Origin: Halobacteriovoraceae bacterium
Lineage (GTDB): Bacteria; Bdellovibrionota; Bacteriovoracia; Bacteriovoracales; Bacteriovoracaceae
DNA length: 64,000 bases
Assembly: GCA_963719505.1 (NCBI GenBank)
Contig: CAVRCF010000003.1
Span: 192,001 to 256,000 of the forward strand
Direction of reading: 5' to 3'
The translations under genes and the position numbers were made by a program. Below, one piece after another: positions 50,830 through 63,459 of the stretch; position 1 is the stretch's first letter, and each line of letters opens with the position of its first letter. Below the pieces are notes generated by a model, which saw nothing but the letters and a program-made list of their open reading frames with translations, had not been told where the DNA came from and made no database searches.

Positions 50830-51810
50830 ATGGACTTTACATTAGATTTTGAAAAACCTGTTCTAGATCTTGAAATTCAGATCAAAGAACTTAAAGAAGC
50901 CAACGACAAACCCGGCATAGATATTTCCAAAGAAATTAAGGCCCTCCAACTCAAAGTTGATAAAATGATCAACGAGATTTATGGAAACCTCAGTTCATGG
51001 GAGAGAGTGCAACTGTCCAGGCATCCCAAAAGACCTCACGCAATAGACTACATAGAAATGATGGTTAGTGACTTTCATGAACTTCATGGTGACCGTCGTT
51101 ATGCGGATGACCCTTCTATGATTACCGGTTTCGGCTATATTGGTGAACAAAAAATTGCCGTCATTGGAATTGAAAAGGGTCGAAAAACTCAAGATAAAAT
51201 TAAAAGAAACTTCGGAATGGCTTCTCCGGAAGGATATCGTAAAGCGATGCGAATCATGAAAATGGCAAGCACGTTTAAAATTCCAATCGTCACTCTCGTT
51301 GATACTCCGGGTGCATACCCAGGAATTGGGGCAGAAGAGCGAGGTCAAGCTCAAGCCATTGCTGAAAATCTAGAAGAGATGTTTGGCATTGAAGTCCCTA
51401 TTATCTCGGTTGTGATCGGTGAAGGTGGATCTGGTGGAGCTCTTGGTATCGCTATAGCGGATAGAGTCTTTATGATGGAATACTCTATTTATTCAGTCAT
51501 TTCACCAGAGTCATGTGCATCTATCTTGTGGTCGGATCCAAAACAGGCCGAGTTCGCAGCGAACTCTCTTCAGTTAGGACCAGATAAAGCTCGAGAGCTT
51601 GGTATTATTGATGATATAATAAAAGAACCAGTAGGTGGGGCACATAAGAATATTCCAGATGCTATTGAAGCAGTGAAAAAACAAATTGAAAAAGAATTAA
51701 AAAAGTTAATCAAAGTAAAAGCAACGACTCTTATGAATGGAAGATATGAAAAGTTTAGAGTGATGGGCAACCAGACGATCTCAACTTTAAGTGATAGTCC
51801 AGAAAAATAG
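50830..51810 (+). CDS. accA: Acetyl-CoA carboxylase carboxyltransferase alpha subunit
   Basis: LDFEKP, NFGM..PEGYRKA, DTPGAYPG, GEGGSGGA. Confidence 0.97.
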   Translation: MDFTLDFEKPVLDLEIQIKELKEANDKPGIDISKEIKALQLKVDKMINEIYGNLSSWERVQLSRHPKRPHAIDYIEMMVSDFHELHGDRRYADDPSMITGFGYIGEQKIAVIGIEKGRKTQDKIKRNFGMASPEGYRKAMRIMKMASTFKIPIVTLVDTPGAYPGIGAEERGQAQAIAENLEEMFGIEVPIISVVIGEGGSGGALGIAIADRVFMMEYSIYSVISPESCASILWSDPKQAEFAANSLQLGPDKARELGIIDDIIKEPVGGAHKNIPDAIEAVKKQIEKELKKLIKVKATTLMNGRYEKFRVMGNQTISTLSDSPEK

Positions 51811-51840
51811 AGTCATCAAAGAAGTGAGAAAGGAAATATA

Positions 51841-52713
51841 ATGCCCATTCAATCAATGACAGGTTTTGGTAAAGGTGAGAAAGAAGGGGAAAAATTCACT
51901 GTCTCTGTTGAATTAAAAACGGTAAATAATCGTTTCAAAGATATTCGCTTTAAAATGAGTAATCTGTTTAACGCCTTTGAACTTCCATTAAAAAAACGAA
52001 TTGAAAAAACTTTCTCAAGAGGAAGTTTTGACGTCTATGTTAACTATAAAAAAATTCAAACAACAAAATCAAATCAAGAAATAGATTATAGTAAAGTTGA
52101 ATCTTTCCTCGTCGAGATGAAAAAAGTTTCAGAAGCGGCGGGAGTTAAACTTAAATTTTCTCCAACAGAGTTTATGAAATCTGATTTCTATGTTGAAGAT
52201 GAATCCAAAGAAGAAGAGCTTACAGTACTTTTAAATCCAGCTTTTGAGGATGCCATTAAGGCCCTAGAAGCTTCAAGGGTAGAAGAGGGAACGAAGCTTG
52301 TTGAGAAGTTAAAAGAGCACGCAGAGGCTTACAAAGAGCACTTTGAGCATGTGAAAAATCTCAAAGGTACCTATCAGGAAAAAGTAAAAGAGAAACTAGA
52401 GAAGAGATTTGAAAGTGATGCCTCTGGATTAAATATCGATGAACCAAGGTTCCTTCAAGAAATAATATACTACTTAGAAAAACTTGATATTGATGAAGAG
52501 ATTAATCGCATTGTTATTCACCTTGATAAACTTGAAAGTATCTTTAAGATGCCAAGTGAGATTGGAAGACAGATTGACTTTCTCGTTCAAGAACTCAATA
52601 GAGAGACAAATACGATCGGAAGTAAGTCCGGCAATAGTGAAATCTCAGCCCATGTCGTACAGATGAAAGTACAGTTAGAAAAGATTAGAGAACAAGCCCT
52701 AAACTTAGAATAG
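51841..52713 (+). CDS. yicC: YicC/YloC-family endoribonuclease
   Basis: SMTGFG; DIDEEI.R..H; QELNRETNTIGSK; IREQ..N.E. Confidence 0.95.
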   Translation: MPIQSMTGFGKGEKEGEKFTVSVELKTVNNRFKDIRFKMSNLFNAFELPLKKRIEKTFSRGSFDVYVNYKKIQTTKSNQEIDYSKVESFLVEMKKVSEAAGVKLKFSPTEFMKSDFYVEDESKEEELTVLLNPAFEDAIKALEASRVEEGTKLVEKLKEHAEAYKEHFEHVKNLKGTYQEKVKEKLEKRFESDASGLNIDEPRFLQEIIYYLEKLDIDEEINRIVIHLDKLESIFKMPSEIGRQIDFLVQELNRETNTIGSKSGNSEISAHVVQMKVQLEKIREQALNLE

Positions 52714-52723
52714 AGGAATCGTT

Positions 52724-53293
52724 GTGAGTACCAGAGGAAAGATTATTGTTATCGTTGCTCCCAGTGGAACTGGTAAGTCAACTTTGCTTAAAAAGCTTAT
52801 GGAAGAGGTTCCGTCCCTTAACTGGTCAGTCTCTTGTACAACGAGACCCAAAAGAACGGGTGAGAAAGATGGCGTTGATTACTTTTATATAACGACTAAA
52901 GACTTTGAAAACCGCATAGAAAATAATGAGTTTATTGAGTACGCAAAAGTGCATTCTAATTATTACGGCACGTCGAAAGTCTTTGTTGATCAAGGACTCT
53001 CAAGTGGACAACATCTTCTTTTTGACCTGGATGTCCAGGGATGTGATTCGATAAAGAAGATCTATGGGGATGAAGCCAATATTATTTTTATCGAACCCCC
53101 AAGTGTTGATGCCTTAAGGCAGAGGCTTACAGGAAGAGGGACAGATAACCCCGATGTCATTGCTGAGAGATTAAAAAACTCTATAGAAGAGCTTAAAAGA
53201 AAAGATGATTTTGATTTCAATGTTGTTAATGACGATATTGATAAAGCATATAGAGAATTAAAAGAGATAGTTCTAAAAATACTGGAGAAGTAG
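52724..53293 (+). CDS. gmk: Guanylate kinase
   Basis: APSGTGKST, SCTTRPKR.GE.DGVDY, YYGT. Confidence 0.97.
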   Translation: MSTRGKIIVIVAPSGTGKSTLLKKLMEEVPSLNWSVSCTTRPKRTGEKDGVDYFYITTKDFENRIENNEFIEYAKVHSNYYGTSKVFVDQGLSSGQHLLFDLDVQGCDSIKKIYGDEANIIFIEPPSVDALRQRLTGRGTDNPDVIAERLKNSIEELKRKDDFDFNVVNDDIDKAYRELKEIVLKILEK

Positions 53294-55500
53294 TTGTACG
53301 ATCGGATAGATTTCTCACATGAAGGCGACCTCACGGTTGATGAGCTGGCCAAAAGAATTAAATATCATTTACCAGAGGTGAAAGAGGAAGAAGATTTTAC
53401 TCCTGAGGAAAGCTTTCGACTTTGCCGATCACCACCATAAGCCTCAAAAAAGAAGTTCCGGTGAGCCTTATATTATTCATCCTCTGAATGTCGCAGCAAC
53501 GTTAATCAAATTACAAATGGACATTGAAAGCATTATCGGTGGCATACTCCACGATGTTGTTGAGGACTGTGACGTTTCTGAACAAGATATTGTTGAAGGC
53601 TTTGGTGTTGGGATTGCTGATATTGTTATCGGTTGTACTAAAATTTCTAAAATTAAATTTAAAACTAAAGAAGAATCCCAAGCGGAAAACTTTCGAAAGA
53701 TGGTTGTGGCCATGGCCAAAGATATTCGCGTCATCATTGTGAAGCTTGCCGACAGAATGCATAATATGCTCACTTTGCAGTATGTTTCAAAAGAGAAGCA
53801 AGTTAAAAAAGCTCAAGAGACTCTCGATATCTATGTTCCCTTGGCAAGTCGTCTTGGTATTAACTCAGTAAAAAGTGAACTTGAAGATTTGTGCCTGCGT
53901 TTTCTCCATCCAGAGAGCTATTACCGCCTAGCTGAAAAAGTCTCGATGAAAAAAAGTGTTCGAGAAAAATATATTCGAGACACTGTCAGAATGATTAAAG
54001 AGAAACTCGCTGAGTTTGGAGTTAAAGGTGAGGTGTATGGACGCCCTAAGCATTTCTACTCTATCTATAAAAAAATGAGTAACAGAGAAGTGGACTTTGA
54101 TCAAATTCAAGACCTCCTCGCCTTTAGAATAATGGTTAGTAATATAACTGAATGTTATAAATCTCTAGGAGTTATTCACTCTTCTTTTACTCCCGTGCCA
54201 GGGCGCTTTAAAGACTATATCGCTATCCCAAAAGTGAATGACTATCAATCTCTTCACACCACAGTCATCGGTCCACAAGCTGAGAGAATTGAGATTCAGA
54301 TTCGAACCCATGAAATGCATGAAGTTGCGGAGACAGGGGTTGCGGCACATTGGAAGTATAAAGAAGGAGCTGTCAAAGATCTGAATAAACTCAAGTGGGT
54401 GGAAGAACTCATGGAGTTCGATAGAGATATCCATGCAAGTTCTGAGTTTATGGATTTGGTAAAAAATGACCTAGAAGGTGAGGGAATTTTTATCTTTACC
54501 CCATCGGGAGATGTTAAAGAGTTGCGCTACGGAGCTGGACCACTTGATTTTGCTTACGCCGTTCACACAGATGTGGGAAATAGATGCGTTGGGGCCAAGG
54601 TCAACGGTAAGATGGTTCCTTTAAAACATAAATTAAAGTCTGGAGATACAGTTGAAGTTTTAACAAGTAAAACTCAGACTCCAAGTAAAGATTGGTTAAA
54701 GGTTGTTCGAACCTCTCGGGCCAGAACAAAGATTAAGCAATATCTGTTACAAATTGAACGAGACAAAAATAGAGAAATTGGTGAGGAGATGCTTGAAAAA
54801 GTGTTGAGGTCTTATAGTACGAGCGTAAAAGCTCTCGATAAAAAAAAGGACTTTCCCAAAATCTTTACCGCCCTTCGTGTTAAAACGATGGATGAGCTTT
54901 TTCAAAATATTGGTGCGGGAAGAATATCGGTCAAGAAAGTTCTTGAGCATGCTGAGTCTATTGAATACGTAAATGAAGAAGATGCTCAAAAGGAAGCCAA
55001 GTCAAAAGAGTTTGATACTCTCTACAAGCAGCTTTCCAACACGGCAAAGAAGTCTTCTAATAAAGACAATGCCGTCATCGTTGATGGTCTTGATGATATT
55101 GTCGTTAGGATGGGGAAGTGTTGTAATCCAATCCCTGGTGACCCTATTATGGGGTTTATTACCAGAGGTCGTGGTATTACCGTTCACACCAACAAATGTT
55201 CAAGAGTTGATGACTTTGATGATATGAGAAAAGTTGATGTTGAGTGGAACTCCTCTTATGCTTTCACCCACTCTGTGAACTTAAGAGTAATCGTTCACGA
55301 TCGACCGGGAATTTTATCCAGGATCTCGAATAATATAAATAGCTTAAACGTGAATATAAAAAGTGCGATCGCAAAGAGTATGCCTGATCTCAAAGGAAGC
55401 TTTCTTTTTGAAATTGAAGTTAAAGGCTACTCAGAATTTCTTGAAAGTTGTAAGTATCATTGAGGCGATGGAAGAAGTCATAACGGTGTCGAGAGCTTAA
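53294..55500 (+). CDS. spoT: Bifunctional (p)ppGpp synthase/hydrolase (RelA/SpoT), frameshifted at ~53390 and ~55445
   Basis: R.SGEPYI.HP upstream of the called ORF; LHDVVED, LADRMHN, YQSLHT, TGS and ACT domains; tail IEAMEEVITVSRA in an alternate frame. Confidence 0.93.
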
Positions 55501-55799
55501 TGGAAGACTTTAGAAATCCAAGAGAAGTTATAGTTTTAAAAAAGCGCAGAAATACTTTGTTGAGGCTCAACTTCTTTACTCTTTTCGTTATTGCATTTAG
55601 TTTTTCTAGTTTTTTGATGGACTTTTATCTTGTGGAATCACTTATCACTTTTGGTATCTCGTTTATTGTATTTCTCTTTATCCGCTATCAGCTCTTTAAG
55701 ACTAAACTTAAGATCTACAGTCCAGAAGTCTTTACTGAGCAGGGTGAATTTAAACCCAATAAAGACGATTTAAAATATATTCATGGTAGCGGTCGCTAA
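55500..55799 (+). CDS. Small membrane protein
   Basis: Two TM segments; start overlaps the spoT stop. Confidence 0.65.
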   Translation: MEDFRNPREVIVLKKRRNTLLRLNFFTLFVIAFSFSSFLMDFYLVESLITFGISFIVFLFIRYQLFKTKLKIYSPEVFTEQGEFKPNKDDLKYIHGSGR

Positions 55800-56260
55800 A
55801 GAGAATCAATAGCAATAAAAAGGATACCTGTGGGGTTACCAGCAAACCACTCAGCCACAAGAAACCTATCTGTAAGCTCATGAATATCTTGAGTATTTCT
55901 TTGAACGTAATCCATGGTCTTATAGAGATTTTCAATTAAAACTTTTTGATAAAGTGAATTAAATCTAATTTTACATCTTATTGATAGCTCGTCGGCTTGA
56001 AGACAATGGGCTCTTCCAAAGTATGAGTTTAGGTGATTAACGCCAGCATCATTTCTTTCAAACTTAATTTCATAGGCGAAGGCAGATGCAATTTCTGGTG
56101 GCATCGTAAAGCTTAGAGAGTCAGGAGAAATTTTAATATTTTTAACGTTAAAATCGGCCAAGGGACGAAGAGCTGGTTCATCAATAGGAACTATAAAGTG
56201 CCCATTCATGGCATTTGCTGCAGCGCTTAAGAAGGCGATAAGGATTAAGATGTTTTTCAT
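55796..56260 (-). CDS. Secreted hypothetical protein
   Basis: Signal peptide MKNILILIAFLSAAANA. Confidence 0.7.
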   Translation of the reverse strand: MKNILILIAFLSAAANAMNGHFIVPIDEPALRPLADFNVKNIKISPDSLSFTMPPEIASAFAYEIKFERNDAGVNHLNSYFGRAHCLQADELSIRCKIRFNSLYQKVLIENLYKTMDYVQRNTQDIHELTDRFLVAEWFAGNPTGILFIAIDSL

Positions 56261-56425
56261 AATGAGTAATTCGCTGTTTGCTCGGTCTTTGTCAAGACGC
56301 TGACCGTGCGATTTTAAGCTTTAAGTGTGTAAGTTCCTCCTTATGTGTTGAAATCACTTAAAATACTGTGTTTTACATGAAATAATTAAGTCCATCTAAA
56401 GAAGAAGCGTTCAAACGATGGAGAT

Positions 56426-57226
56426 TTGATGAAAAAGGGACTTTTAGTCGCAACTTTTGGCCTGATGCTTAATTGTGGCTTTGCAGCAGAGTTTATGGAG
56501 TTTGGTGCAAACGATTTCGTTCAAGAGGACTATAAGACGAGTAATTGGCTCTTTGAGATGGGTTATAATTACTTACCCTATGAAGTAGTCCTACCTGCTT
56601 ATGATGGAGCCTTCGATAATTTTAAGGCTGAAGAAGATGCAAAACTCTCTGGCTTGAGCTTGGGTTTTGGTGGACAGATATATTTCGGTGCAGGTCTATC
56701 AACGACGATTAAGATTGTAGCGACTCATTATAGAGATTTTGAAGATGTTCAATCTAAAGCCGCAGAAGATATTGATCTAGACCTCATCGATCTCGATTAT
56801 AAGCATGAAGTAAGTACTGGTGAGGCTTCCGGTTCATTGGATTATCTTATTGAGACTGAGTATTTTGGCGTTCAGCCTTTTATTGCCTTTGCAGTGGGGA
56901 TTGGAGAATCGAGAGCTGAAAGAGATTATAAATATGAAGGATTATCCGGGGGTACAAACCCAAACCCTGAGATGTATGACGTAGAGGCGATTGAAAGATT
57001 TAATTATAATAAGCTGACTTTAGGGGTTAACTTTATTTCTAATATCGGTCTGACTTCTTATATAACTGTCAGTCAGTATAGTACGGTAAAGACTGAAAGA
57101 GAGTTTAAAGGTGAATTCACGACTCAGTCACAGCAAACAGCTCAGTCGGTGGATGAAAAATTTGAGGATCTCGATGAGGATTCAAGCGAGACTGTGGCAA
57201 GTGTAGGCTTTGGTTATTTATTTTAA
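56426..57226 (+). CDS. Probable outer-membrane beta-barrel protein
   Basis: Signal peptide; C-terminal VGFGYLF. Confidence 0.75.
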   Translation: MMKKGLLVATFGLMLNCGFAAEFMEFGANDFVQEDYKTSNWLFEMGYNYLPYEVVLPAYDGAFDNFKAEEDAKLSGLSLGFGGQIYFGAGLSTTIKIVATHYRDFEDVQSKAAEDIDLDLIDLDYKHEVSTGEASGSLDYLIETEYFGVQPFIAFAVGIGESRAERDYKYEGLSGGTNPNPEMYDVEAIERFNYNKLTLGVNFISNIGLTSYITVSQYSTVKTEREFKGEFTTQSQQTAQSVDEKFEDLDEDSSETVASVGFGYLF

Positions 57227-57244
57227 AAAGCAGTAAGGATTTTA

Positions 57245-58082
57245 ATGAAAAAAACAGCAACGATTTTACTTATGTCCTCTATGCTTTTCTCTTGTGGGAA
57301 AACGGAGGAGAAGTTTCTCTTTAAAAAAGGCAGCCAAGACTATAATGCGGCTAATGCAGCTAAAGCTGAAGAGTGTAAAAAAGATAATGCCAGACTTATA
57401 GACAACTTAACAAAGTCTTCAGCCTTTAAAAACCTTTTTGCCTCAGGTGTTAGACGAGAGAGTTTTTAAGATTACGCGAAAGAGAACTTAGACAGAATCA
57501 GAAAGCCTTACAGATAAAGATGATAAAAGAGCAGGCCTTCCATTTTTTCAGTATATTAGAATTATAAAACCACTCGTTGATGGTGATGACATGACTGTCG
57601 TTTTCTCTTCCTCTGGAAACTCAGAGTGGGATGGACAAAAGTCAAAAACTTTTCAATTCTCTGAAGCGAGTAGCACTGAGATTCAAAATGAAATTGTTAA
57701 TGGAGCTTGTAACTCAGCCACTGATTCTTACTCAGGTTCTATTGGATCAAGCACAACACAAATTCAGTTTAGTGATGAAAGAACACTAACAACTGAGGTC
57801 GATGATAAAGATCAGATTCAAAAACAAGTGAAAGAGAGTTTTACTCTTAAGTCTGGACTTCCGCTTTTCTTTTACCGCTACAATGGATCTGTTGAACGTT
57901 TCGAAAGAGTAAGTTCAAGTGCCACGACAAAAACAATCTACTCTGCTCCGACAGTGGAGATGATGAACTCAACCTCGCAACTGAACGAACTCTATGTCAG
58001 AACAATACGGATAATGACAATGGAGACTTTACTGGATGTAGTGATGTGTTACTGGATTCAGGGATTCAGAGTTGTGTTTTAA
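57245..58082 (+). CDS. Lipoprotein, apparently broken by frameshifts
   Basis: Lipobox LFSC; consecutive fragments 57245-57469 and 57591-58082. Confidence 0.55.
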
Positions 58083-58152
58083 TGTGACAAGTCTCATGCT
58101 CAAAATGCTAATCCAGACACTTATTTGACATTTTTTACAGTGTCTGTGACCC

Positions 58153-58806
58153 TTAATCATTCCAAAAAATCAAAAACGTCGTTGTTCGAATAAGCTTATA
58201 AACTTCTTTGAACAACTTCTTTAAATTTCTCGTTTCCGTGTAATCCATGGGAATACTTTCGAAATAAAAATTATAGTTCTCATTTTCAGATTGTAGACGA
58301 TTTAAGATTAATGAAATTCTTCTGATATGATAGTCGCTTGAGATGATAAGAATATTTTTATGGGCTTTTAAACTCGCTAGGTAATTAAAGGTGGCGATAG
58401 CATTTTCAACAGTATTTCTCGCAAGATAGTCGATCTCTATATGATGGCCCTCTGTCCTTAAGAACTCTTCGACAGAAATATCTCTTCCTTGTTTATCCAC
58501 AAGAGTTTTTAAATTATTTTTTGCATAGACCCCAGAGATAAAAACTTTACTCGAAGGGTAGTTCTCAATTTTTTTGAAGGTGTAATCAAGTCTTCCAGAA
58601 TCCCCAGTATAAACAGCTATGAGATCGGGAGATTTTTTAAAGAAGGCCAGTTTCGTGATTTCATTTTGATCTTTGGCATAAATAGGAAGATAGATGCAAA
58701 GAAGAACAAATGTTGCAGAGATCGCGCCCAAAAACAAGACCAGGTTTCTAAACAGTCTTCTTGAGCGCGTGCTTTTTGATTCAAATATATACTTTCTATT
58801 AAACAT
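58153..58806 (-). CDS. YdcF/DUF218-family protein
   Basis: AVYTG..GR, FISGV, ARNTVENA, ISSDYHI.R. Confidence 0.85.
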   Translation of the reverse strand: MFNRKYIFESKSTRSRRLFRNLVLFLGAISATFVLLCIYLPIYAKDQNEITKLAFFKKSPDLIAVYTGDSGRLDYTFKKIENYPSSKVFISGVYAKNNLKTLVDKQGRDISVEEFLRTEGHHIEIDYLARNTVENAIATFNYLASLKAHKNILIISSDYHIRRISLILNRLQSENENYNFYFESIPMDYTETRNLKKLFKEVYKLIRTTTFLIFWND

Positions 58807-59192
58807 TAAGCTTTAGCTGCAATAACTTCGATTTCAACTAATGCACCTTTAGGTAAAGCAGGTACTTGAACACAGCTTCTTGCTGGATACGGTTCAGAGA
58901 AGTACTCTACATATGCGGCGTTTACCTTGTCGAAGTTCCCAAGATCAGTAACAAAAATTGAAGTCTTCAAAATATGAGACCTTGTTATTTTACAGTGCTC
59001 AAGTAATCCATCGATGTTCTTCATAATCTGTTTGGTTTGATCTTCAAATGAGTCCAGAAGTTTTCCTGTTTTAGGATCAATTCCAATTTGACCAGAGAAA
59101 TAAAAAACACCGCCGTGCTCAACCCCTTGAGAGTAAGTTCCAACGGCACTTGGTGCAAGATCTGTACTAATAATATTTTTTTCAAAACTCAT
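58806..59192 (-). CDS. ridA: RidA-family enamine deaminase
   Basis: AP.AVG.YSQG, SGQI, PARSCVQV..LP.GALVEIE. Confidence 0.93.
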   Translation of the reverse strand: MSFEKNIISTDLAPSAVGTYSQGVEHGGVFYFSGQIGIDPKTGKLLDSFEDQTKQIMKNIDGLLEHCKITRSHILKTSIFVTDLGNFDKVNAAYVEYFSEPYPARSCVQVPALPKGALVEIEVIAAKA

Positions 59193-59199
59193 ACGTTTC

Positions 59200-61531
59200 C
59201 TATTTTTTTAGCTCACTTAAAAGAGTTGTTAAGTGAGTCATGTTGATAATCTCTTCCACTGTTGATGTTCTTTGAACGATGTTGATTGGGTAATCCATTG
59301 GGGCCATGATTGGTCCAATTGGTGTACACTCACTCAGTTGTGAAAGAAGTTTATAGCTAATATTTGCTGACTGAAGATCAGGGAAAATTAAAATATCAGC
59401 AGGTCTTTTTAAGTCAGAAAACTTGAAAAGGTTTCCTCGAATAATTTCGTTAACGGCAACATCCGCTTGCATTTCACCCTCAACCATAAGGTCTGGGTTT
59501 CTTTTCTTAGTAAGCTTCACCGCTTCAATAATTTTCATCGTGTTTGGATCAATATTCGAACCAAAGTTTGAATAACTTAAAAAGGCTACGGCAGGGTCTT
59601 TTTGCATAAGCTTTTTATACAGATTCGTCACCGATTCTGCTGTTGTTGCTAAGTTCTTCAGCAGATGGATTTCTTTGCACTGTACAGTCAGCGAGGAAAA
59701 GGACTCTGTTTTTAAAGACCAGAATCATAACTCCAGCCGTTTTAGCATCTTTACTTCCACCAGTGGTTTTCATGATTGGGCCAAAACAGTCAGGATAGTT
59801 TTGCGTTGTCCCGGTGATCATAGCATCGGCGTGCCCTTTTTTAACCATCATAGAGCCAAAGTAGTTTCCATTTTTCATGGAGTCTTCACTAAGTGAAAGA
59901 GTTGCCCCACGTCTTTGTCTTTCGGTATGGTAAGTCTGGTAATAGTCTTCAAAGTTTTTATCGTAGACTGGACGAATAATTTTTATTTTATCTTTAATGG
60001 CCAAGATTCCATATTTTTCCATTCGTGCATGAATTTGTTTTTCATGACCAAGAAGAATTGGTTCAATCTTTCCTTCTTCCACAAGGATCGAAACTGCTTG
60101 AAGAACACGACCATTAGTTCCTTCGGCAAAGACGACCTTTCTTTTAGCATTAGGACTTAGTCTTGAACGAATCATTCTCATAAAGCCATCAGCCTGACCC
60201 ATTCTTGCTTCAAGTTGAAGAGCGTATTGATTGAAATCTTTAATCTCTATTCTGTTAACTCCGGTCTCCATACCAGCTTTGGCAACAGCTGGTGAAACTC
60301 GAGTAAGAACTCTTTTATCAAATGGTTTTGGGATTAAATAATCTTTTCCAAATTTAAAGTCCTCTCCACCGTATGCACTTTTTACATCTTCAGGAACTTC
60401 TTCCTTTGCAAGATTTGCCAGAGCATGAACAGCAGCTATTTTCATTTCTTCATTGATTGCCGTCGCTCTGATGTCGAGGGCCCCTCTAAAGATGAAGGGA
60501 AATCCCAACACGTTATTTACTTGGTTTGGATAATCAGTTCGTCCAGTGGCCATAATTGCATCATCACGAACTTCCGCAACTTCTTCAGGTGTAATTTCAG
60601 GATCTGGGTTTGCCATTGCAAAGATAATTGGATTTTTGGCCATGGCACGAACCATATCTTTACTAACAACGCCTTTTGCTGAGCATCCCATAAAGGCATC
60701 CGCTCCATCCATAGCATCACCTAAAGTTCTCGCTGTTGTCTCAACTGCAAAATCTTCTTTATATGGATTCATCCCTTCTGTTCGACCTTGATATATAACG
60801 CCTTTGGAATCACACATAAGAAGATTTTTTGGTTGGACTCCAAGAGTAAAAAAGAGTTTTGCAATCGCCATAGACGCTGCACCAGCTCCACTGAAGACAA
60901 CTTTTGTTTTAGAAATATCTCTTTTGGTTAAGTCTATCGCATTTAAAAAACCTGCAGTCGCAATAATAGCTGTCCCATGTTGATCGTCGTGAAAAACGGG
61001 AATATCTAGTTTTTGTAATTGCTTTTCAACTTCAAAACATTCAGGTGCTTTAATATCTTCAAGGTTTATTCCTCCAAAGGTTGGAGCAATGGCCGTAACA
61101 GCTGAGACCATCTCTTCTACAGTGGTGCAGTCTAGTTCGATATCAAAGACATCAATATCTGCAAATCTTTTAAAGAGAACGCCTTTACCTTCCATCACTG
61201 GTTTTCCAGCAAGGGCACCAATATTTCCTAAACCTAAAACGGCTGAACCGTTTGAGACAACGCCGACCAAGTTTCCTTTTGCGGTATACTTGTAAGCATC
61301 TTCAGGATTTTTTGCGATCTCTAAACAAGGCTCTGCAACCCCTGGGGAGTAAGCTAAAGAGAGGTCTCTTGAAGTGATACACGGCTTAGTTGCGATGACT
61401 TCGATTTTTCCTGGTCTTCCGCTAGAATGGTACTCAAGTGCTTGATTTCTTTTCTGATCTTTCACGTTATTTCCTTTAATAATTTTTAGACATACTCTCT
61501 TAAAAGTTACGATTTTTCTAGTGGTTTGCAA
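59200..61531 (-). CDS. maeB: NADP-dependent malic enzyme fused to a PTA domain, frameshift at ~59630
   Basis: [33 protein letters not shown] domain [15 protein letters not shown]. Confidence 0.95.
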
Positions 61532-61624
61532 GGTGTCAAATCTTTAACTTTCATTAAATCATCAAAATAAGTATAGTGAGCACATGAAATTTTTAAAGAC
61601 TGACATTATCGTGATGAGTCATCA

Positions 61625-63459
61625 ATGATTCAAGTCACAGGCCTTGATAAAGAACTCGGGGATCGCATCCTTTTTAACAATGTAACCTTTGGGCTTTCTA
61701 AAAACGAAAAGGTCGGCCTTGTTGGAAGAAATGGCTCGGGGAAATCGACTCTTTTTAAAATTATTATGCAAGAAGTTGATAAAGATGGCGGGGATATAAG
61801 CATTCCTAAAAACTACTCAATTGGCTTTCTTCAGCAATATATCAAATTCACCAAAACGACTGTCATTGACGAATGCATGCAGGTTCTCTCCAAAGAAGAA
61901 CAATTTGATTTATATAAAGCGGAAAAGATTTTATTTGGTTTGGGTTTTACAAGCGAAGATTTAAAGAAGGATCCGCTAAGTTTCTCAGGTGGTTTTCAAA
62001 TTAGAATAAACCTAACAAAAATACTTCTAGAAAATCACGACCTGCTTCTTCTCGATGAACCAACAAACTATCTCGATATTGTCAGTATGCGCTGGCTAGA
62101 GGGATTCCTTGCTCGCTATCCAGGTGAGATTATTCTCATCACTCACGATAGAGACTTTATGGATAAAGTGTGTGACCACACGATGGGACTTCATCGTCAA
62201 AAGCTTGTCAAAATCAAAGGCAACTTTGAAAAGTATAAAACGAAAATGAAGAAGAAGAAATCGTCCACGAGAACACAAGACTTAACCAAGAGAAAAAACG
62301 AAAAGAGTTAGAGGCGTTTGTCACTCGGTTCAAAGCGAAGGCCAGTAAGGCTGGACAAGCACAGTCTAGAGCTAAAATGCTAGAGAAAATGGATGAAATT
62401 GAAGCTTTAGAAAGTGTGAGAACTCTCGATTTTAAATTTAATTACAAAGACTTTCAGGCAAAGACCTTTTTAAAGGCTAATAATCTCTCCTTTGGTTACG
62501 ATAAAAATAAAATACTTTTTAAAGATCTCTCTTTCTTTATCAATGCAAAAGATAGAATTGCTATTATCGGAAAAAATGGAAAAGGAAAATCGACTCTTTT
62601 AAATATTATCGCAGGAAAGCTCGCGCCTTTGACGGGAGATATTGAAGCTCATCCAAGTTTGGCCCTAGGGCACTTTGGTCAGACAAATATAGATGTTCTT
62701 CACGCAGACAATACCATTGAAGAAGAAATTAATTCAGTCAATGCAGACTTGGGGACAGCGAAAGCGAGATCTATTTGTGGAACGATGATGTTTACGGGGG
62801 ACGATGCTAAAAAGAAAATTAAAGTCCTCTCTGGTGGTGAAAAAAGTAGGGTTTTACTTGGAAAAATTTTGGCCAAAGAGACAAATCTTCTTCTTTTGGA
62901 TGAGCCCACAAACCATTTGGATCAAGAGTCGGTTGATGAATTAACACGAGAATTAAATAACTTTAAAGGCGCCAGTATTATTGTGACCCATAATGAACTT
63001 ATTCTTCGCCGCTTTGCCACAAAGTTTATTGTCTTTCAAAAAGATGGCTGTGAGGAATTCGTTGGCTCTTATGATGAATTTTTGGAAAAAATTGGTTGGG
63101 AAGATGAGGCAGATGATCAACAAAAGCCCAGCGAGAAACCAAAGCTTTCGCATAAAGAGTACAAACATCTTCGCAGTGAGCTCATCAAAGAGCGATCGAG
63201 GGCCACAAAAGAGCTAAGAAAAACAATAGAGAAAACGGAAGAAAAAATAGTGCAAGCCGAAGACAATATAAACCTTGCCAACGAAAACCTTATCAAGGCA
63301 TCTCACGCTGAAAATGCAGATGATATAACCAAGTACTCAAAGTTACTGGCCGAAAGTGAAAATGAAGTTGAAAACCTTTTTGATAAGTTAGAGTCAGACA
63401 GTGAGAGTCTCTCCCTGATTGAAAGAGACTTTGATTTAAAGCTTGAGCAGTTGTCCTAG
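61625..63459 (+). CDS. ABC-F family ATPase, frameshift at ~62245
   Basis: Two NBDs (GRNGSGKST/FSGG/LLDEPTN and GKNGKGKST/LSGGE/LLDEPTN), no TM segments, C-terminal coiled coil. Confidence 0.92.

Noticed and set aside
52724-53520. Gap between gmk and the called spoT ORF read as rpoZ
   Set aside because: It encodes the frameshifted N-terminus of Rel/SpoT (SGEPYIIHP).
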